Positions 49,210 to 60,099 of a stretch of DNA of 64,000 nt are shown here, piece by piece. The notes under the pieces are model-generated. The model was not told where the DNA came from and ran no database searches. It was given only the letters and a program-made list of their open reading frames with translations. Both the position numbers and the translations under genes were made by a program. Location: NCBI GenBank assembly GCA_965223265.1, contig OZ244999.1, forward strand, positions 1,280,001 through 1,344,000. The letters run 5' to 3'. Each line of letters opens with the position of its first letter. Position 1 is the first letter of the stretch. The DNA comes from Planctomycetota bacterium (GTDB taxonomy: Bacteria > Planctomycetota > UBA8108 > SXIK01).

Positions 49210-50904
49210 TTAACGGCTGGCCCCCTCCGCGATGCGACTGCGGAGCTCGTGGTAATAGCGTTTGCCAGCATCGATGCGCGCCGTGATGCCGAGGTCCTCC
49301 TCGGACTTGCTCGCCAGCTCCTCTTTGATCGCTGCGATCTCCTCGAGCTTGCGCTCGATGATGCGTGGGCCGTTGACAGGGCACCACGTGGGTTGATCGT
49401 CGATGACCACGTAGACTGGCGTCGTGTGCGCCATGGCGCCGTTGGCGCATCGTGCACTCACCGCGAACCAGTGGCTGCGTTCGACAGGGACTCTCACGTT
49501 CAGTTCGAGGGCCCCGCCCGCCTCGGTGGTCCCGTCGCCGCCGAGGGTCGGTTTGACCTCGCGCAGCGCGCCTTGGTTGCTCATCAAAACGAGCGTCTCG
49601 GGTTGACCGACTTTCTCGTGCCCCCAGGCGCGTGCACGAATGGTCAACACGTCGCCGGAGCTGGCTTTGATTTCAGAGCCAGGCAGTTCGTCGTTGACGG
49701 TGAACTCGAGCGCCGGACCGTTAGTGACGAACGTGTGGCCGCGTCCGAGGTTGCGGAACCAGGTGTCAAGGTCGAGCTCGTCACCGGTGAACACGTACGT
49801 CCGTACCTCGCCAATCGTCGAGCCCCACGGCGTGTCGCTGCCGGCCGCAGCGGTCAGCCGAAAGCCGAGGTTGAGGTAGTCGTAGTAGTCTTCGGCGTTC
49901 AAGGCGTTGAACTGCATGAGCTCGATGAAATCAAGCTCCTCGGTGGTCACCAGCCATGGAAAACCACGCGGCAGCGCACAGCCGTTCCAAGAAAAGTGCG
50001 CGAACCCGACGAGCGCTCCCTCTTGTGCATGGAGGCGCTTGAAGGCGAGATCATAGTAGTCGTACGTCGGCAGGTCCCGGGCGAGCGCCTGGAGGTTGAG
50101 ACCGATGATATGCCCGAAACGGCTTCGCGGTTCCTCTTGCCCCGAGACGAGACAATAGTTGCCGCGGCGAACGCGTGACGCTTCACCGAATTCGCTCTGT
50201 TTGAAGTCTGTTCCCTTGTGGTGTCCCATCTCGAGGACGTTGACGACATTGAGGTCTTCCGCCTCGGCGTAGTGAAGGAGGAACTCCTTGTGCACCTCCT
50301 TCAGCGTCGGGTGATGGACGTGGACGTCGCCTGAGTACCAGCCTCGCGCGGCCATGTGAACCCAGCGCCGGAGTGGGATTGTGCGTTCCTGGTCCTTGCC
50401 GGCGGCGACTGTGAAGTCATCGAACACGGGCACGTACTCCATGCCTCGCGACACAGCAATGCGATAACGCCCTGGTGGCAGATCGACACGAAAGGACGCC
50501 TCGGTCTGAAACATGACCGGCTCGCGCCAATACGGAATCGACGGCCGCAACTGGTAGACGTAGCTGCGGTCGTCGTTGTTCCCTTTGCCCATGGTTTTGC
50601 GCACGGGGCCGATCCAACTCGGGTCCTTGCCGCTGTAGCCGACGCCATCGTAGAACTCTTTCGTCAGGCCGACGCGCTTCATGGGACGGCCATCGGGAGG
50701 CAGGCGTACCGTCCCGTCGTCGAGGTTGCGTAGGCAAACCATGGCGGTGGTGGCCTTGCCCGTCGAGGCATCAACGAGACGAAAGTGCACCGTGGCCGTG
50801 CCACCTCCGGAGGCGGCTGGCACAGCGCTGCTCCAACGCGCGACGATGATTAGAGCAAAAACGAACGCGACGAATGCAGCAGCGAGATTCACTTTTGGTT
50901 TCAT
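49210..50904 (-). CDS. CehA/McbA-family PHP-like metallohydrolase
   Basis: Signal peptide; LPPGRYRIAVSRGMEY; GWYSGDVHVHH; GQEE...FGH; FAH; LNLGFRLTAAAGSD; TFVTNGP; AHTTPVYV. Confidence 0.85.
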   Translation of the reverse strand: MKPKVNLAAAFVAFVFALIIVARWSSAVPAASGGGTATVHFRLVDASTGKATTAMVCLRNLDDGTVRLPPDGRPMKRVGLTKEFYDGVGYSGKDPSWIGPVRKTMGKGNNDDRSYVYQLRPSIPYWREPVMFQTEASFRVDLPPGRYRIAVSRGMEYVPVFDDFTVAAGKDQERTIPLRRWVHMAARGWYSGDVHVHHPTLKEVHKEFLLHYAEAEDLNVVNVLEMGHHKGTDFKQSEFGEASRVRRGNYCLVSGQEEPRSRFGHIIGLNLQALARDLPTYDYYDLAFKRLHAQEGALVGFAHFSWNGCALPRGFPWLVTTEELDFIELMQFNALNAEDYYDYLNLGFRLTAAAGSDTPWGSTIGEVRTYVFTGDELDLDTWFRNLGRGHTFVTNGPALEFTVNDELPGSEIKASSGDVLTIRARAWGHEKVGQPETLVLMSNQGALREVKPTLGGDGTTEAGGALELNVRVPVERSHWFAVSARCANGAMAHTTPVYVVIDDQPTWCPVNGPRIIERKLEEIAAIKEELASKSEEDLGITARIDAGKRYYHELRSRIAEGASR

Positions 50905-50974
50905 TCAGATCTCCCGGTGTTGGCGCATGTAACTCCTACTTCGCTTTGCTCATGAACGCCTAAGAGGCTCGAAT

Positions 50975-51987
50975 TCAAAGCGCATAGACTTCGGTGGCCG
51001 CCTCGCGCTCGATCGCAATCGAGTAGTGGTCGGTGCTGAGAAGAGCACGAAGCGTCGGGGCAGGAACGGGCGCGCTGGGCCAGTCGTAGAGGCGCCGTTC
51101 GATGCGCTCGACATCCTTGGCAAGCAGGGCGCGACTTGCACGCCCGCCGCGCCCGTGCTCGGCCGGTGGTGAGAACGTCGCTCCGGTGAGGATGGAAGTG
51201 GGAACATCGAGTAAGCAGCGGACGCGCTCCAGCGAATGGTAGTCGAGGTGAGCCCAGCGGAAGTCGTCGAACGCAGCCGGCCGGCCGACGCGAACACTCT
51301 CCGGCCACAAGAGTACCACCGGGCCCGTCTCGACGCGAAACTCGTCGGTCTCGAGGTTGAAGTCGACCCACTTCACTGGGTATTCGACAGTGACGTCGAC
51401 GGCTCTCTCGCTGTCTGTGAACACGGTTCGCGCCACAAGCGGTCGCCATGTCTCAACCGCGCGGCGCACGTCGCCACCCGAGGCGAGTCGGGTGGCAGGT
51501 GAACGCTCCACGTGCCAGCTGCTCGCGCCAAACTCGTCGACCGTCAATGTCGTCGGGTTGTTGAAGTAGGACGAAGTGTGTGTGCGACGAGTGTAGATGT
51601 GTTCCTTGGAAAAGATAATCCAGTAGTCATAGCCCGGTGCTTGGCCGCGATCACTCGAGTCCGGCTTGAGTCCTGTCTTGGCGACAACGCCAAGCACGTA
51701 TTCGTCGGTCGTCCCACTCTCGCGGTCGCGAGCGACGCAATGGCACTCGATCTGTGGACGCACGTGAATCTTTGTTCCGCTCGGGCGGCAGTAGAGAAAA
51801 GAGCGCGAGAAATCGATCGCGGTCGACCCGTTGCTCGGCGCGTCGCTTGAACCTGACTCGTTCCGTGCTGCAGGCCTGCTCTTGCACCCGCTCGCGGCGA
51901 CGAGCGGCATCGCCGAGCAGACGGAGAGGAAGTCCGCCGTGTCACCGCGTTGCTGGGCGCTGCTAGGATGTCCGCTGCCTCGCTCAT
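50975..51987 (-). CDS. hypothetical Tat lipoprotein; signal interrupted by a one-base frameshift near 51934
   Basis: ATG 51987 gives MSEAADILAAPSNAVTRR; the other frame continues DFLSVCSAMPLVAASGC into ORF 50975-51910. Adding one G restores TRRDFL. Confidence 0.65.
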
Positions 51988-51992
51988 GGGAT

Positions 51993-54449
51993 TCACTCCG
52001 GTGGTTTGCGCTCGAGTTTTAGGATGCGACCGCGAGCATACCCATGTCTGATGAAGGAGCGCTCGACGAGAATCGTGCCCTGTGTGCTCATGACAAAAAG
52101 GTCTTGGTCGCCGTCGCGGTTCAAGTCGACGACCAGCACGCGTGTTTCTTTGATCGGCGGCAGCTTCAATGGTTTCTCCTCGCTGAACGCCGCACCCTTT
52201 TCGGTGCTTTCGTTGAGAAAAACGCTGACGCGATGGCTCGCAGTGCCGGCGATGACGTCGACACGACCGTCTCCATCCCAGTCAGCGGCATCGACGAGCA
52301 ATCGGAATCCCATGTCACCAACCAGAATCGGCGCAGCGAAGCGCGGCTCCGCCGCCGGACCGACGTTGCGGAAGTACCGTATCTTCCCGTACGTGTCGCC
52401 GACGACGAGATCGATCCGCCCGTCGCGATCAAAATCGGCGGTGGCAAGCACCGTACGAGCTCCCTGCAAAGCGACGAAGTCGTTCTCGGTGTCGCCATCG
52501 ATCGGACCGACTTTGATGGGGCCGGCGCCAGCGACCTCAAGGCGGCGTCCCTCGACGTCGAAGCGAGACGTTCCATTGTCGCTCAGGTTGCGGTGGAACC
52601 AGACGTTGCCATGCCAATCACCGAAGAGGACGTCAGGGTGTCCATCAACATCGAGATCGCTCAGGTAAGGAAAAAAGTGGCCGTCCCCCGTCGCCACGGG
52701 ATGGTCGATGTGGACACCCGGCGGTAGCACGTTGACAGTTTTCTCGAAGCGGTACGGCGTGCCGGCGCCTGAGTTCAGTCGCACCTTGTAGCCGGAGATG
52801 AGATCGGGCAGACCATCGTCATTCCAATCGAAGAATTGCCGGCCGCTCAACCGCGCGCTTCCCCAAGCGGTGGGGAGAGCGTCATCATGCAGGCGAAAGC
52901 GTGGGGATCCACGCGTGCCGACGTTCTCGAACAGGAAGATGTTGCCACCCGAGCTGACCACGAGATCGAGGAGGCCGTCGCCGTTCCAATCGCTTGCGCG
53001 CGGTACCGGCAGACGAAACGTACGCGTCGGGCCGGTGTAAGGCAACGGGCGTTCAGCGAGCTCGGGCATTGCTCGTGTGCCGCGGTTCTCGTAGTAACGC
53101 AGGAACGAGGGATCTTTTTTCTCTTCAGGGAGCCACGTGTAGGAGCCGCTGATGAGGTCGAGGTCGCCGTCGTCGTCGAAATCGGCGATGCATGGCGAGG
53201 CGCACCAGTCGCGGACGTTGATCGGAGCGCCGTCCGACTCGATCGGTCCGCGCAAGGTGAGAGCGAGAGGCCCCGCGCCGTCGGAGGTGTCCTCGAAGAA
53301 GTAGATGCGCCCAGTGACATAACCGCCGGCGATCAGATCGGTGTTGCCATCGCTGTTCCAGTCGACGGCGGACATGACCGGATAGTAGTCATGATTGAAA
53401 ACGCCCTCCGGTTTCGCTGCGACCGGACGGAAGGGGAGCGCTAAAAACTCTCCGTCGGCTGTCCTGAGGAACCCCTCGTAGGTGAAGCGGCGCTCACGAT
53501 TTGAGCCGACGTTCTTCAAGAGCGCGACGCGGTTTTGGTACGTGCCGACGAGTAGATCCTTAGCGCCGTCGCGGTCCCAATCGATGACAGCCACCGAGGC
53601 GTGAATGCCGAGGTCGATTGGTTGACCCGCAACATCGAAGAGCATTTTCGTGTGCTCGAACGAAGGCGCGGTCGCCGTACCGCTGTTCGGCATGACAAAG
53701 AGCTGGCCGTACTGCTCGCCGTAGACGACGTCAACGAGACCATCGCCGTTCCAATCGTCCAAGTCGACGATAGTGTTGTCCGATCCCGTCGTTGAATCGC
53801 CGAGACGATCGCGACGAGGGAGGCCGTCGCCGAGCCAGCCGCGCGGGGGAGCCTCTCGCGGCACAGCATCCTTTGCGAGCGCATCGAAGTAGACCGCGTA
53901 GAGCGATGGCTCGCCACCGTCCTGTGTGTGAACGAACGCGAGGTGGCCGCCGCGCCACTCGCCGAGTGCATTGTACATGTAGCCGGCACGCGGGCTGATC
54001 GTCCGTTTGATCTTGCCTTCAGAATAGCTGAGGGGGGCGAAGACCTCGGGAAAGTTGTACGGGATGGCGCGATCGTACCAGCAAAACGGGCGGTCGAAAG
54101 CACTCCGCGCGTGGTCGTAGTTGGCGTACTCCAGCGGCTCACCGCTCGACGCATCGAGGCGCATCACCTGGAGAGAGGTGATGTCGGCGCGAGCGGTGCT
54201 GACGATGCGATCGGCAGCGTTGCCTCCGCCAAGCAGTGCTGCGACGTCCACCTCCACGTCCGCCGGTAACTCATCCCGCGACCGAGTGCCAAGATCAACA
54301 GGCTCCACCTCGATGAGAATGCGAAACGCGCCTTGGCCGGTCCAACGCGGCGAGGCCTCGGCCGTTGTCCATAGGTGAAGGGCGATGACGCCGGCGAACA
54401 GATAGGCGCCGACGCACCGAGGCGAGACGATCGCCGTTGGCTTGACCAT
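51993..54449 (-). CDS. secreted FG-GAP/VCBS repeat protein
   Basis: About ten DWNGDGxxD-type repeats each followed by (Y/F)xNxG; signal peptide. Confidence 0.87.
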   Translation of the reverse strand: MVKPTAIVSPRCVGAYLFAGVIALHLWTTAEASPRWTGQGAFRILIEVEPVDLGTRSRDELPADVEVDVAALLGGGNAADRIVSTARADITSLQVMRLDASSGEPLEYANYDHARSAFDRPFCWYDRAIPYNFPEVFAPLSYSEGKIKRTISPRAGYMYNALGEWRGGHLAFVHTQDGGEPSLYAVYFDALAKDAVPREAPPRGWLGDGLPRRDRLGDSTTGSDNTIVDLDDWNGDGLVDVVYGEQYGQLFVMPNSGTATAPSFEHTKMLFDVAGQPIDLGIHASVAVIDWDRDGAKDLLVGTYQNRVALLKNVGSNRERRFTYEGFLRTADGEFLALPFRPVAAKPEGVFNHDYYPVMSAVDWNSDGNTDLIAGGYVTGRIYFFEDTSDGAGPLALTLRGPIESDGAPINVRDWCASPCIADFDDDGDLDLISGSYTWLPEEKKDPSFLRYYENRGTRAMPELAERPLPYTGPTRTFRLPVPRASDWNGDGLLDLVVSSGGNIFLFENVGTRGSPRFRLHDDALPTAWGSARLSGRQFFDWNDDGLPDLISGYKVRLNSGAGTPYRFEKTVNVLPPGVHIDHPVATGDGHFFPYLSDLDVDGHPDVLFGDWHGNVWFHRNLSDNGTSRFDVEGRRLEVAGAGPIKVGPIDGDTENDFVALQGARTVLATADFDRDGRIDLVVGDTYGKIRYFRNVGPAAEPRFAAPILVGDMGFRLLVDAADWDGDGRVDVIAGTASHRVSVFLNESTEKGAAFSEEKPLKLPPIKETRVLVVDLNRDGDQDLFVMSTQGTILVERSFIRHGYARGRILKLERKPPE

Positions 54450-54462
54450 ACATTTTGTACGT

Positions 54463-55623
54463 CTAACGGAGAATAACACGAGCTGCCTGAATGACGCCTT
54501 CTTGCTTAGTGGCGGAGATCTCAAGGCTCGTCCAGAGGACGACGAGCGTGCTGTCTGCGAGCTGCGTCACTGACGGGTAGCAGACGCTTCGCAGCCAGGT
54601 CGATTCGCCAGCGTTAGGTGGCTCGACGGCTGCCAGGTTTAAGGGCGTGCCCCAGCTGCGGCCCCCATCGAGCGACACTCGCATCGTTAGAGGGGTGCGA
54701 TGCGGCGGCTTGCACGGGTTGTGGGTGAGGAGCAAATGTCCGGCGCTTGTGGTCTTCAGGCTGTGTGACGAGGATGTTGCGGTCAGGCCTGTGTTCTCCG
54801 CCTTTGACCAGGAGCGTCCGGCATCCGTTGAGCGCGCGGTCCAGAGAAAGCCGTCGCGGGTGCGCACAACCATCAGCAGTTTCCCGCGCGCGAGCTCTGC
54901 CACGGACGGCTCCTGCGCACCGATCTTTCCGGGCGGCAAGATGTTCCCGAAGCGTTCCCAGCTGGCGCCGCCATCGCTTGAAATCAGCACGGCGGCAGCG
55001 GTCGTCGAGAAGTGATAGACCGGGAGGACGAGCTCACCGGTCGACAGGCGGATGCCGTTGGAGCGGCAGCCCCAGCTGACCTCGTCGCGCAGTCGGCGCG
55101 CATTCGACCAGTTCTTACCGCTGTTGTCGCTCCATCGTCCGTAGAGTTTGAAGGAGGCGACTCCGACTTCTTCTTTTTCGACCTTGCCCGGACCGACGAA
55201 AGGGTATCGGTCCCAACGACCCACCGTGTAGAAGAACCACGTCCGCTTGCCGTCGGCGATGAAGGCAGGATCGAAGTCGGAGCGTCGCGGTGCATCGTGC
55301 AGGACGGTCGCGGGTGCCCACGTCTCGCCGCCGTCGTCGGATGTGGAACTCAAGATGACTTGGTGAACCGATGCCTCGAAGGGGCCGGAGAACCATGCCG
55401 CAAGGAGGCGTCCACTTGGCAGAGCGACGACGCTCGGTGCGTGGTTGAAGCCGTAGAGGTTTTGGCGGTCATACGGATCAGTCCTCGCATAGGTGAAAAC
55501 GGTAGAACGCGAGTGAATCTCGAGAGTCGGAGAGCTCTCGAGTCCAGTCATGCCGCAGGCGAAAACGACGATCACGTGTGCAAACGCCCTGCGCCGCTGG
55601 ATCGGCAGCTTCTTAGGTGTCAC
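54463..55623 (-). CDS. BNR_2 exo-alpha-sialidase-like protein
   Basis: NHAPSVVALPSGRLLAAWFSG, SDDGGETW, SSDGGASW, STDAGRSW, RTPLTMRVSLDGGRSW, YPS. Start uncertain (55623-55707). Confidence 0.85.
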   Translation of the reverse strand: MTPKKLPIQRRRAFAHVIVVFACGMTGLESSPTLEIHSRSTVFTYARTDPYDRQNLYGFNHAPSVVALPSGRLLAAWFSGPFEASVHQVILSSTSDDGGETWAPATVLHDAPRRSDFDPAFIADGKRTWFFYTVGRWDRYPFVGPGKVEKEEVGVASFKLYGRWSDNSGKNWSNARRLRDEVSWGCRSNGIRLSTGELVLPVYHFSTTAAAVLISSDGGASWERFGNILPPGKIGAQEPSVAELARGKLLMVVRTRDGFLWTARSTDAGRSWSKAENTGLTATSSSHSLKTTSAGHLLLTHNPCKPPHRTPLTMRVSLDGGRSWGTPLNLAAVEPPNAGESTWLRSVCYPSVTQLADSTLVVLWTSLEISATKQEGVIQAARVILR

Positions 55624-55868
55624 GAGTGTAGACTCCCGATTCGTTCTTGCCGTCGTAGTCGGAACAGAACACGCGGCGAAGGTGCGTCCATAGAAACTCG
55701 CCCGCATGGTTCACTTGAGCGCGAGCGCCGACCCAATGCAAGAGTCTTAGGGCGCAAAGTGAAGTGCTGCGCTTCTTTCATGACTCAGGATCTCTCTTTC
55801 TCTCATGCGCCTGGACGGACGACGAGCTGAAAAGATGGATCGAGGCAATCCTGCGGCGCTGTGCGCGC

Positions 55869-55942
55869 CGTGTGCCTGTTACCTTGAAGCTCGAGTTGGC
55901 GGCGGTAGGTGTCTATCGTGGCAGGCACACTCCGTGTGCCGT
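55869..55942. repeat. REP-like palindrome with inverted half-copy
   Basis: GTGG-CA-GGCACAC-TCC-GTGTGCC-GT at 55918-55942, with an oppositely oriented partial copy CGTGTGCCTGTTACC at 55869-55883. Confidence 0.7.
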
Positions 55943-56109
55943 TCTGGAGGTGACCGTGAACCGTGACCGTGAGTTTCGACGGCACGTTTCGAAAAACTCG
56001 CAGCCTCGCCGTGTGCACGCCGCGTGCGCCGATCCCATTTTGGACTAAGGCGATGTATGGTCTACACTGTCGGGCGTCGGTAGCATCTCGACTTTGGAAT
56101 GAGAGAAGA

Positions 56110-57639
56110 ATGCCCATGGTGCACCTCACGAAGCAGCACGTTACCTTCATCGCCTGTCTCGTTCTCCTCAGCAGCTCTGTGTACGGGCAGGCGGCACCGG
56201 AGGGTCCGATCGAGATCGGTTCACGTCGGGAGCTATTTCTCGATGATCTTTTGATCGCTTCGCTTGCCGGCGACGCACGACGCAGATTGCACGAGCCGGT
56301 GCGCCGCGAGATCGCGGTAGTGCACGACGAACCATGGGAGGGCAATGGCGGCAACTACCACACCGTGTTTTACGATCCGGACTATCGCGGCGGCGTCTAT
56401 CGCATGTACTACCATGCTTGGCAGATCGGCGTCGGTGACATTCCGCAAGGTCCCCTGACGATTGGCTATTGCGAGAGCGAAGACGGGGTGCGATGGACCA
56501 AGCCCAAATTGGGTCTTTTCGAGTTCGCCGGCTCGAAGGAGAACAACATTGTGCTGGGAACGATCAACGGCAAGGAGTGCCACGATCTTTCCGTCTTCAA
56601 GGACCTCAACCCACGGGCCACGAAGGACGCAAAATACAAAGCCGTCGGTTATGGGCGAAATCCTTCCGGACTCTACGCGTTCAAGTCGCCGGACGGTATT
56701 CGCTGGACGGCCTACAACGCGTCGCAGCCGGTGATGACGGGGCACCCTTTCGACACGCAGAACATCGCCTTCTGGGATCCGACGATCGAAAGGTATCGCG
56801 CCTACATTCGAGATTTTGACAACGGGCGGCGAGACATTATGACGGCCACGTCGACGGATTTCATCCAGTGGACAAAGCGCGAGTGGCTCGAGTATCCGAA
56901 CGCTCCAAAAGAGCAGCTGTACACCAACCAGATCAAACCGTACTACCGCGCGCCTCATATACTGATTGGATTCCCGGCACGCTATGTCGACCGAGGCTGG
57001 CTCGACGCCACCCGGGCGTTGCCGTCCCTTGATCAGCGCATCGAGCGCGGCAAGATGAGCAAGAGATACGGCACAGCGGTGACCGATGGACTGCTCATGA
57101 GCAGCCGCGATGGCCGGACGTTTCGGCGTGCCGAGCGCGCCTTCCTCCGGCCAGGGCTACGGACGCAGCACAACTGGGCCTACGGGGACAACTACATAGC
57201 GTGGCATATCGTCGAGACGGACTCAGTCGAGGATGACTCGCCGCGTGAGCTGTCACTCTACGCCACCGAGAGCTATTTCACCGGTAGGATGTCACGACTC
57301 CGGCGCTATACCTTGCGGATCGATGGTTTCGCGTCGATTCACGCGCCGCTTCGCGGCGGCGAGCTGTTAACGAAACCGCTCGTGTTTGAGGGCAAGTCCC
57401 TCAGCGTCAACTGCGCAACCTCCGCGGCGGGGTCGCTGCGAGTTGAGGTTCAAGGTGTGAACGGGCGGCCGATTCCAGGATTCGCTCTCGACGACTGTGA
57501 GCTCGTGTTTGGCGACTCGCTCGATTACCGTGTGCGCTGGCAGGATCAGTCGGACCTCAGCAAACTGAGCGGCAAAGCCGTGCGGCTTCGTTTCGTGCTT
57601 CACGACTCGGATCTCTACTCGCTGCGCTTCGTACCGTAG
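56110..57639 (+). CDS. secreted five-bladed-propeller glycosidase-like protein
   Basis: IGSRRELFLDD, DEPWEG, YRMYY, SEDGVRWTKPKLG, FDTQNIAFWD, LRIDGFAS, LYSLRF. Confidence 0.82.
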   Translation: MPMVHLTKQHVTFIACLVLLSSSVYGQAAPEGPIEIGSRRELFLDDLLIASLAGDARRRLHEPVRREIAVVHDEPWEGNGGNYHTVFYDPDYRGGVYRMYYHAWQIGVGDIPQGPLTIGYCESEDGVRWTKPKLGLFEFAGSKENNIVLGTINGKECHDLSVFKDLNPRATKDAKYKAVGYGRNPSGLYAFKSPDGIRWTAYNASQPVMTGHPFDTQNIAFWDPTIERYRAYIRDFDNGRRDIMTATSTDFIQWTKREWLEYPNAPKEQLYTNQIKPYYRAPHILIGFPARYVDRGWLDATRALPSLDQRIERGKMSKRYGTAVTDGLLMSSRDGRTFRRAERAFLRPGLRTQHNWAYGDNYIAWHIVETDSVEDDSPRELSLYATESYFTGRMSRLRRYTLRIDGFASIHAPLRGGELLTKPLVFEGKSLSVNCATSAAGSLRVEVQGVNGRPIPGFALDDCELVFGDSLDYRVRWQDQSDLSKLSGKAVRLRFVLHDSDLYSLRFVP

Positions 57640-57770
57640 AGTAGCTGACCACTCGCATGAGCCACAGCTCGTCGAGCAAGACCTCCACAGACCGCGCGAT
57701 CTTGAACGGGTCGCCGCATGAGTGGTAGCATTCGTTCAGCTTTTTTTTGTCAGCGAGCGCGGGTTTTCAG

Positions 57771-59159
57771 ATGCTCCGAATCTTCGATAGCACGAGCTCA
57801 AGGCGCGACTTCCTCACCATCGGTAGTCTCGCTCTCGGCGGCTACTCTCTGCAGCAGTTACTCGCGATGCGCGCAATGGCAGCATCGTCGTCCGAGCTGG
57901 TGCGGGACAAGTCAGTCATCTTCCTCTTTCTCCATGGCGGTCCGCCGCAGACGGAGACCTTCGATCCCAAGATGACCGCGCCCAAAGGCGTGCAGAGCGT
58001 CACGGGAGAAGTGAAGACCGCGATCCCGGGGGTCACGTTTGGCGCGACGCTTGAGAAGCTCGCGCGGTTGGCCGACAAGTTCTCGGTCGTGCGCTCCTTC
58101 CAAACCGGCGACAACCGACACGACATCAAGCCGATTGTCGGCAGGAACACCTTCGGTGCTAATCTCGGCACCGTTTACTCCCGCGTCGTTGGCACGAACG
58201 ATCGCGCCACGGGAATTCCCACCAACGTAGCTCTCTACCCGCGTGCAGTTGATCCGAGCACGCAGGCGGCCACGTTCACGTTTGGTAACTTCGGCGATAC
58301 GGGTCCGTTCGGTAGCGGGTTCGCGCCGTTCGTCCCGGGCAAGGGAGGCGAATTGCAGGAAGATCTGCGCCTCAATTTGGAGCGCGATCGTTTTGGCGAT
58401 CGCCGGACCCTCCTGCGCAAGCTCGACCGCATGCGACGCGAGCTCGAACGAACCGCTGCGGCGCGGGGGATCGATCGTTTTCGCGAGCAGGCCTTCGATA
58501 CGATTCTCGGGGGCGCCGGCGATGTGTTCGACCTCTCTAGCGAGGATCCTCGCGTTGTGGAGCGCTACGACACGAGTCGGCTGGTGCGGCCCGAAAGCAT
58601 CAGCAAGCGATGGAACAACCACAAGAACTATGCCGACAATGCGAAGACGCTCGGCAAGCTTCTCCTTCTGGCTCGACGCCTCTGTGAGGCAGGATGCGGG
58701 TTTGTGACGGTGACAACGAACTTCGTTTGGGATATGCATGCGGACGTGAACAACGCGACGGTCGAAGAGGGCATGCGCTACATGGGTGTTCCGTTCGATC
58801 ACGCGGTGTCGGCGTTCATCGAAGACGTTGAAGCGCGCGGCCTTCGCGACAAGATTCTCCTCGTCGCGTGCGGTGAGATGGGGCGCACGCCCAGAATCAA
58901 CAGGAACGGCGGCCGCGACCATTGGGGCGGTTTGGCGCCGCTATTTCTCTACGGCGGCGGGTTGAAGATGGGACAGGTCATCGGCCAGTCGACCCGCGAT
59001 GCGGGCGAGCCGTTGTCAACGCCCATCACGATCGAGAATCTCATTGCGACGATCCTGCACACCCAGTTCAACGTCGGCGAGCTGCGCATCCAGCAGGGGC
59101 TGCCGCTGGAGATCACGCGGCAACTGACGGCAGGGAGCCCGATTCCAGGGCTGGTGTAG
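57771..59159 (+). CDS. DUF1501 domain protein
   Basis: SRRDFL, KSVIFLFLHGGPPQTETFDPK, ARRLCEAG, WDMH, GEMGRTP, GRDHW. Confidence 0.92.
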   Translation: MLRIFDSTSSRRDFLTIGSLALGGYSLQQLLAMRAMAASSSELVRDKSVIFLFLHGGPPQTETFDPKMTAPKGVQSVTGEVKTAIPGVTFGATLEKLARLADKFSVVRSFQTGDNRHDIKPIVGRNTFGANLGTVYSRVVGTNDRATGIPTNVALYPRAVDPSTQAATFTFGNFGDTGPFGSGFAPFVPGKGGELQEDLRLNLERDRFGDRRTLLRKLDRMRRELERTAAARGIDRFREQAFDTILGGAGDVFDLSSEDPRVVERYDTSRLVRPESISKRWNNHKNYADNAKTLGKLLLLARRLCEAGCGFVTVTTNFVWDMHADVNNATVEEGMRYMGVPFDHAVSAFIEDVEARGLRDKILLVACGEMGRTPRINRNGGRDHWGGLAPLFLYGGGLKMGQVIGQSTRDAGEPLSTPITIENLIATILHTQFNVGELRIQQGLPLEITRQLTAGSPIPGLV

Positions 59160-59269
59160 CGCGGCAAGCTGGCGCCAACACGATCGAGCTGTGTCGTTGT
59201 CCTATGTGGTCGCATTTTCGTCAGAGCGCTTGGGCCATCGGTGTCTCTTCTGCGTGGTCAGGAAACCCG

Positions 59270-59806
59270 TTATTTCGTTTCTGGACCGGTTGGCACCACT
59301 GACTGCAGCTTTCGGCGCCTCTTCCAAGTGTGAACTGCGAGGAGCATTCCGCTGACGAGCGCGGTCAGATAACTCGCCAAATGTGCCCACAAATCAGCCA
59401 GGAACAAGGGGTGCTTTGCTTGGGGAACCGCGGATGCGAGCGGTTCAAGGAGAAAGACCTTGCCTGCCTTGGCAAGTCCGAGGCCGACCAGGCCTCCGAG
59501 AAGAGCGCACGTTGCCGTGACAACGAAGACAAGCGTAATTCCTCGATACAGCGATCGTATGGAAAGCTTTGGACGTCTACCGGCACGAGCAGTCGCAGCG
59601 AGGATGACACCGAGAATCAGGCCGAACCACCAGGTCGCGATGACTCCCCAGCCGAGTGCCAACAGCGTCGGGGACTGGGTCTCGAAAACCTGCGGATGTC
59701 CGACGGTGAAATACTCGAGGCAAACTCTGACCGTAATCTGGTCGAGTACGATCCCGTAGAGGACTGTCGCCGCGATGGACAGAACGATGATCGTGAGGGA
59801 TTGCAT
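59270..59806 (-). CDS. conserved four-TM membrane protein
   Basis: YGIVLDQITVRVCLEYFTVGH, WGVIATWW, LWAHLASY; AAGGA RBS. Confidence 0.75.
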   Translation of the reverse strand: MQSLTIIVLSIAATVLYGIVLDQITVRVCLEYFTVGHPQVFETQSPTLLALGWGVIATWWFGLILGVILAATARAGRRPKLSIRSLYRGITLVFVVTATCALLGGLVGLGLAKAGKVFLLEPLASAVPQAKHPLFLADLWAHLASYLTALVSGMLLAVHTWKRRRKLQSVVPTGPETK

Positions 59807-60057
59807 GGCCTGAGTCCTTGTTGAACGCAGCGAGGATGACACCGAGAATCAGGCCGAACCACCAGGTCGCGATGACTCCCCAGCCGAGTGCCAACAGCGT
59901 CGGGGACTGGGTCTCGAAAACCTGCGGATGTCCGACGGTGAAATACTCGAGGCAAACTCTGACCGTAATCTGGTCGAGTACGATCCCGTAGAGGACTGTC
60001 GCCGCGATGGACAGAACGATGATCGTGAGGGATTGCATGGCCTGAGTCCTTGTTGAA
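59594..60057. repeat. 232-bp direct tandem duplication (59594-59825, 59826-60057)
   Basis: Both copies run CGCAGCGAGGATGACACC...GAGTCCTTGTTGAA and appear identical. The duplicated peptide is visible in ORFs 59270-59842 and 59577-60065. Confidence 0.95.
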
Positions 60058-60099
60058 AGACACACGAAGGAATCGATGCAGAGGTAGACGTGGCACCTC

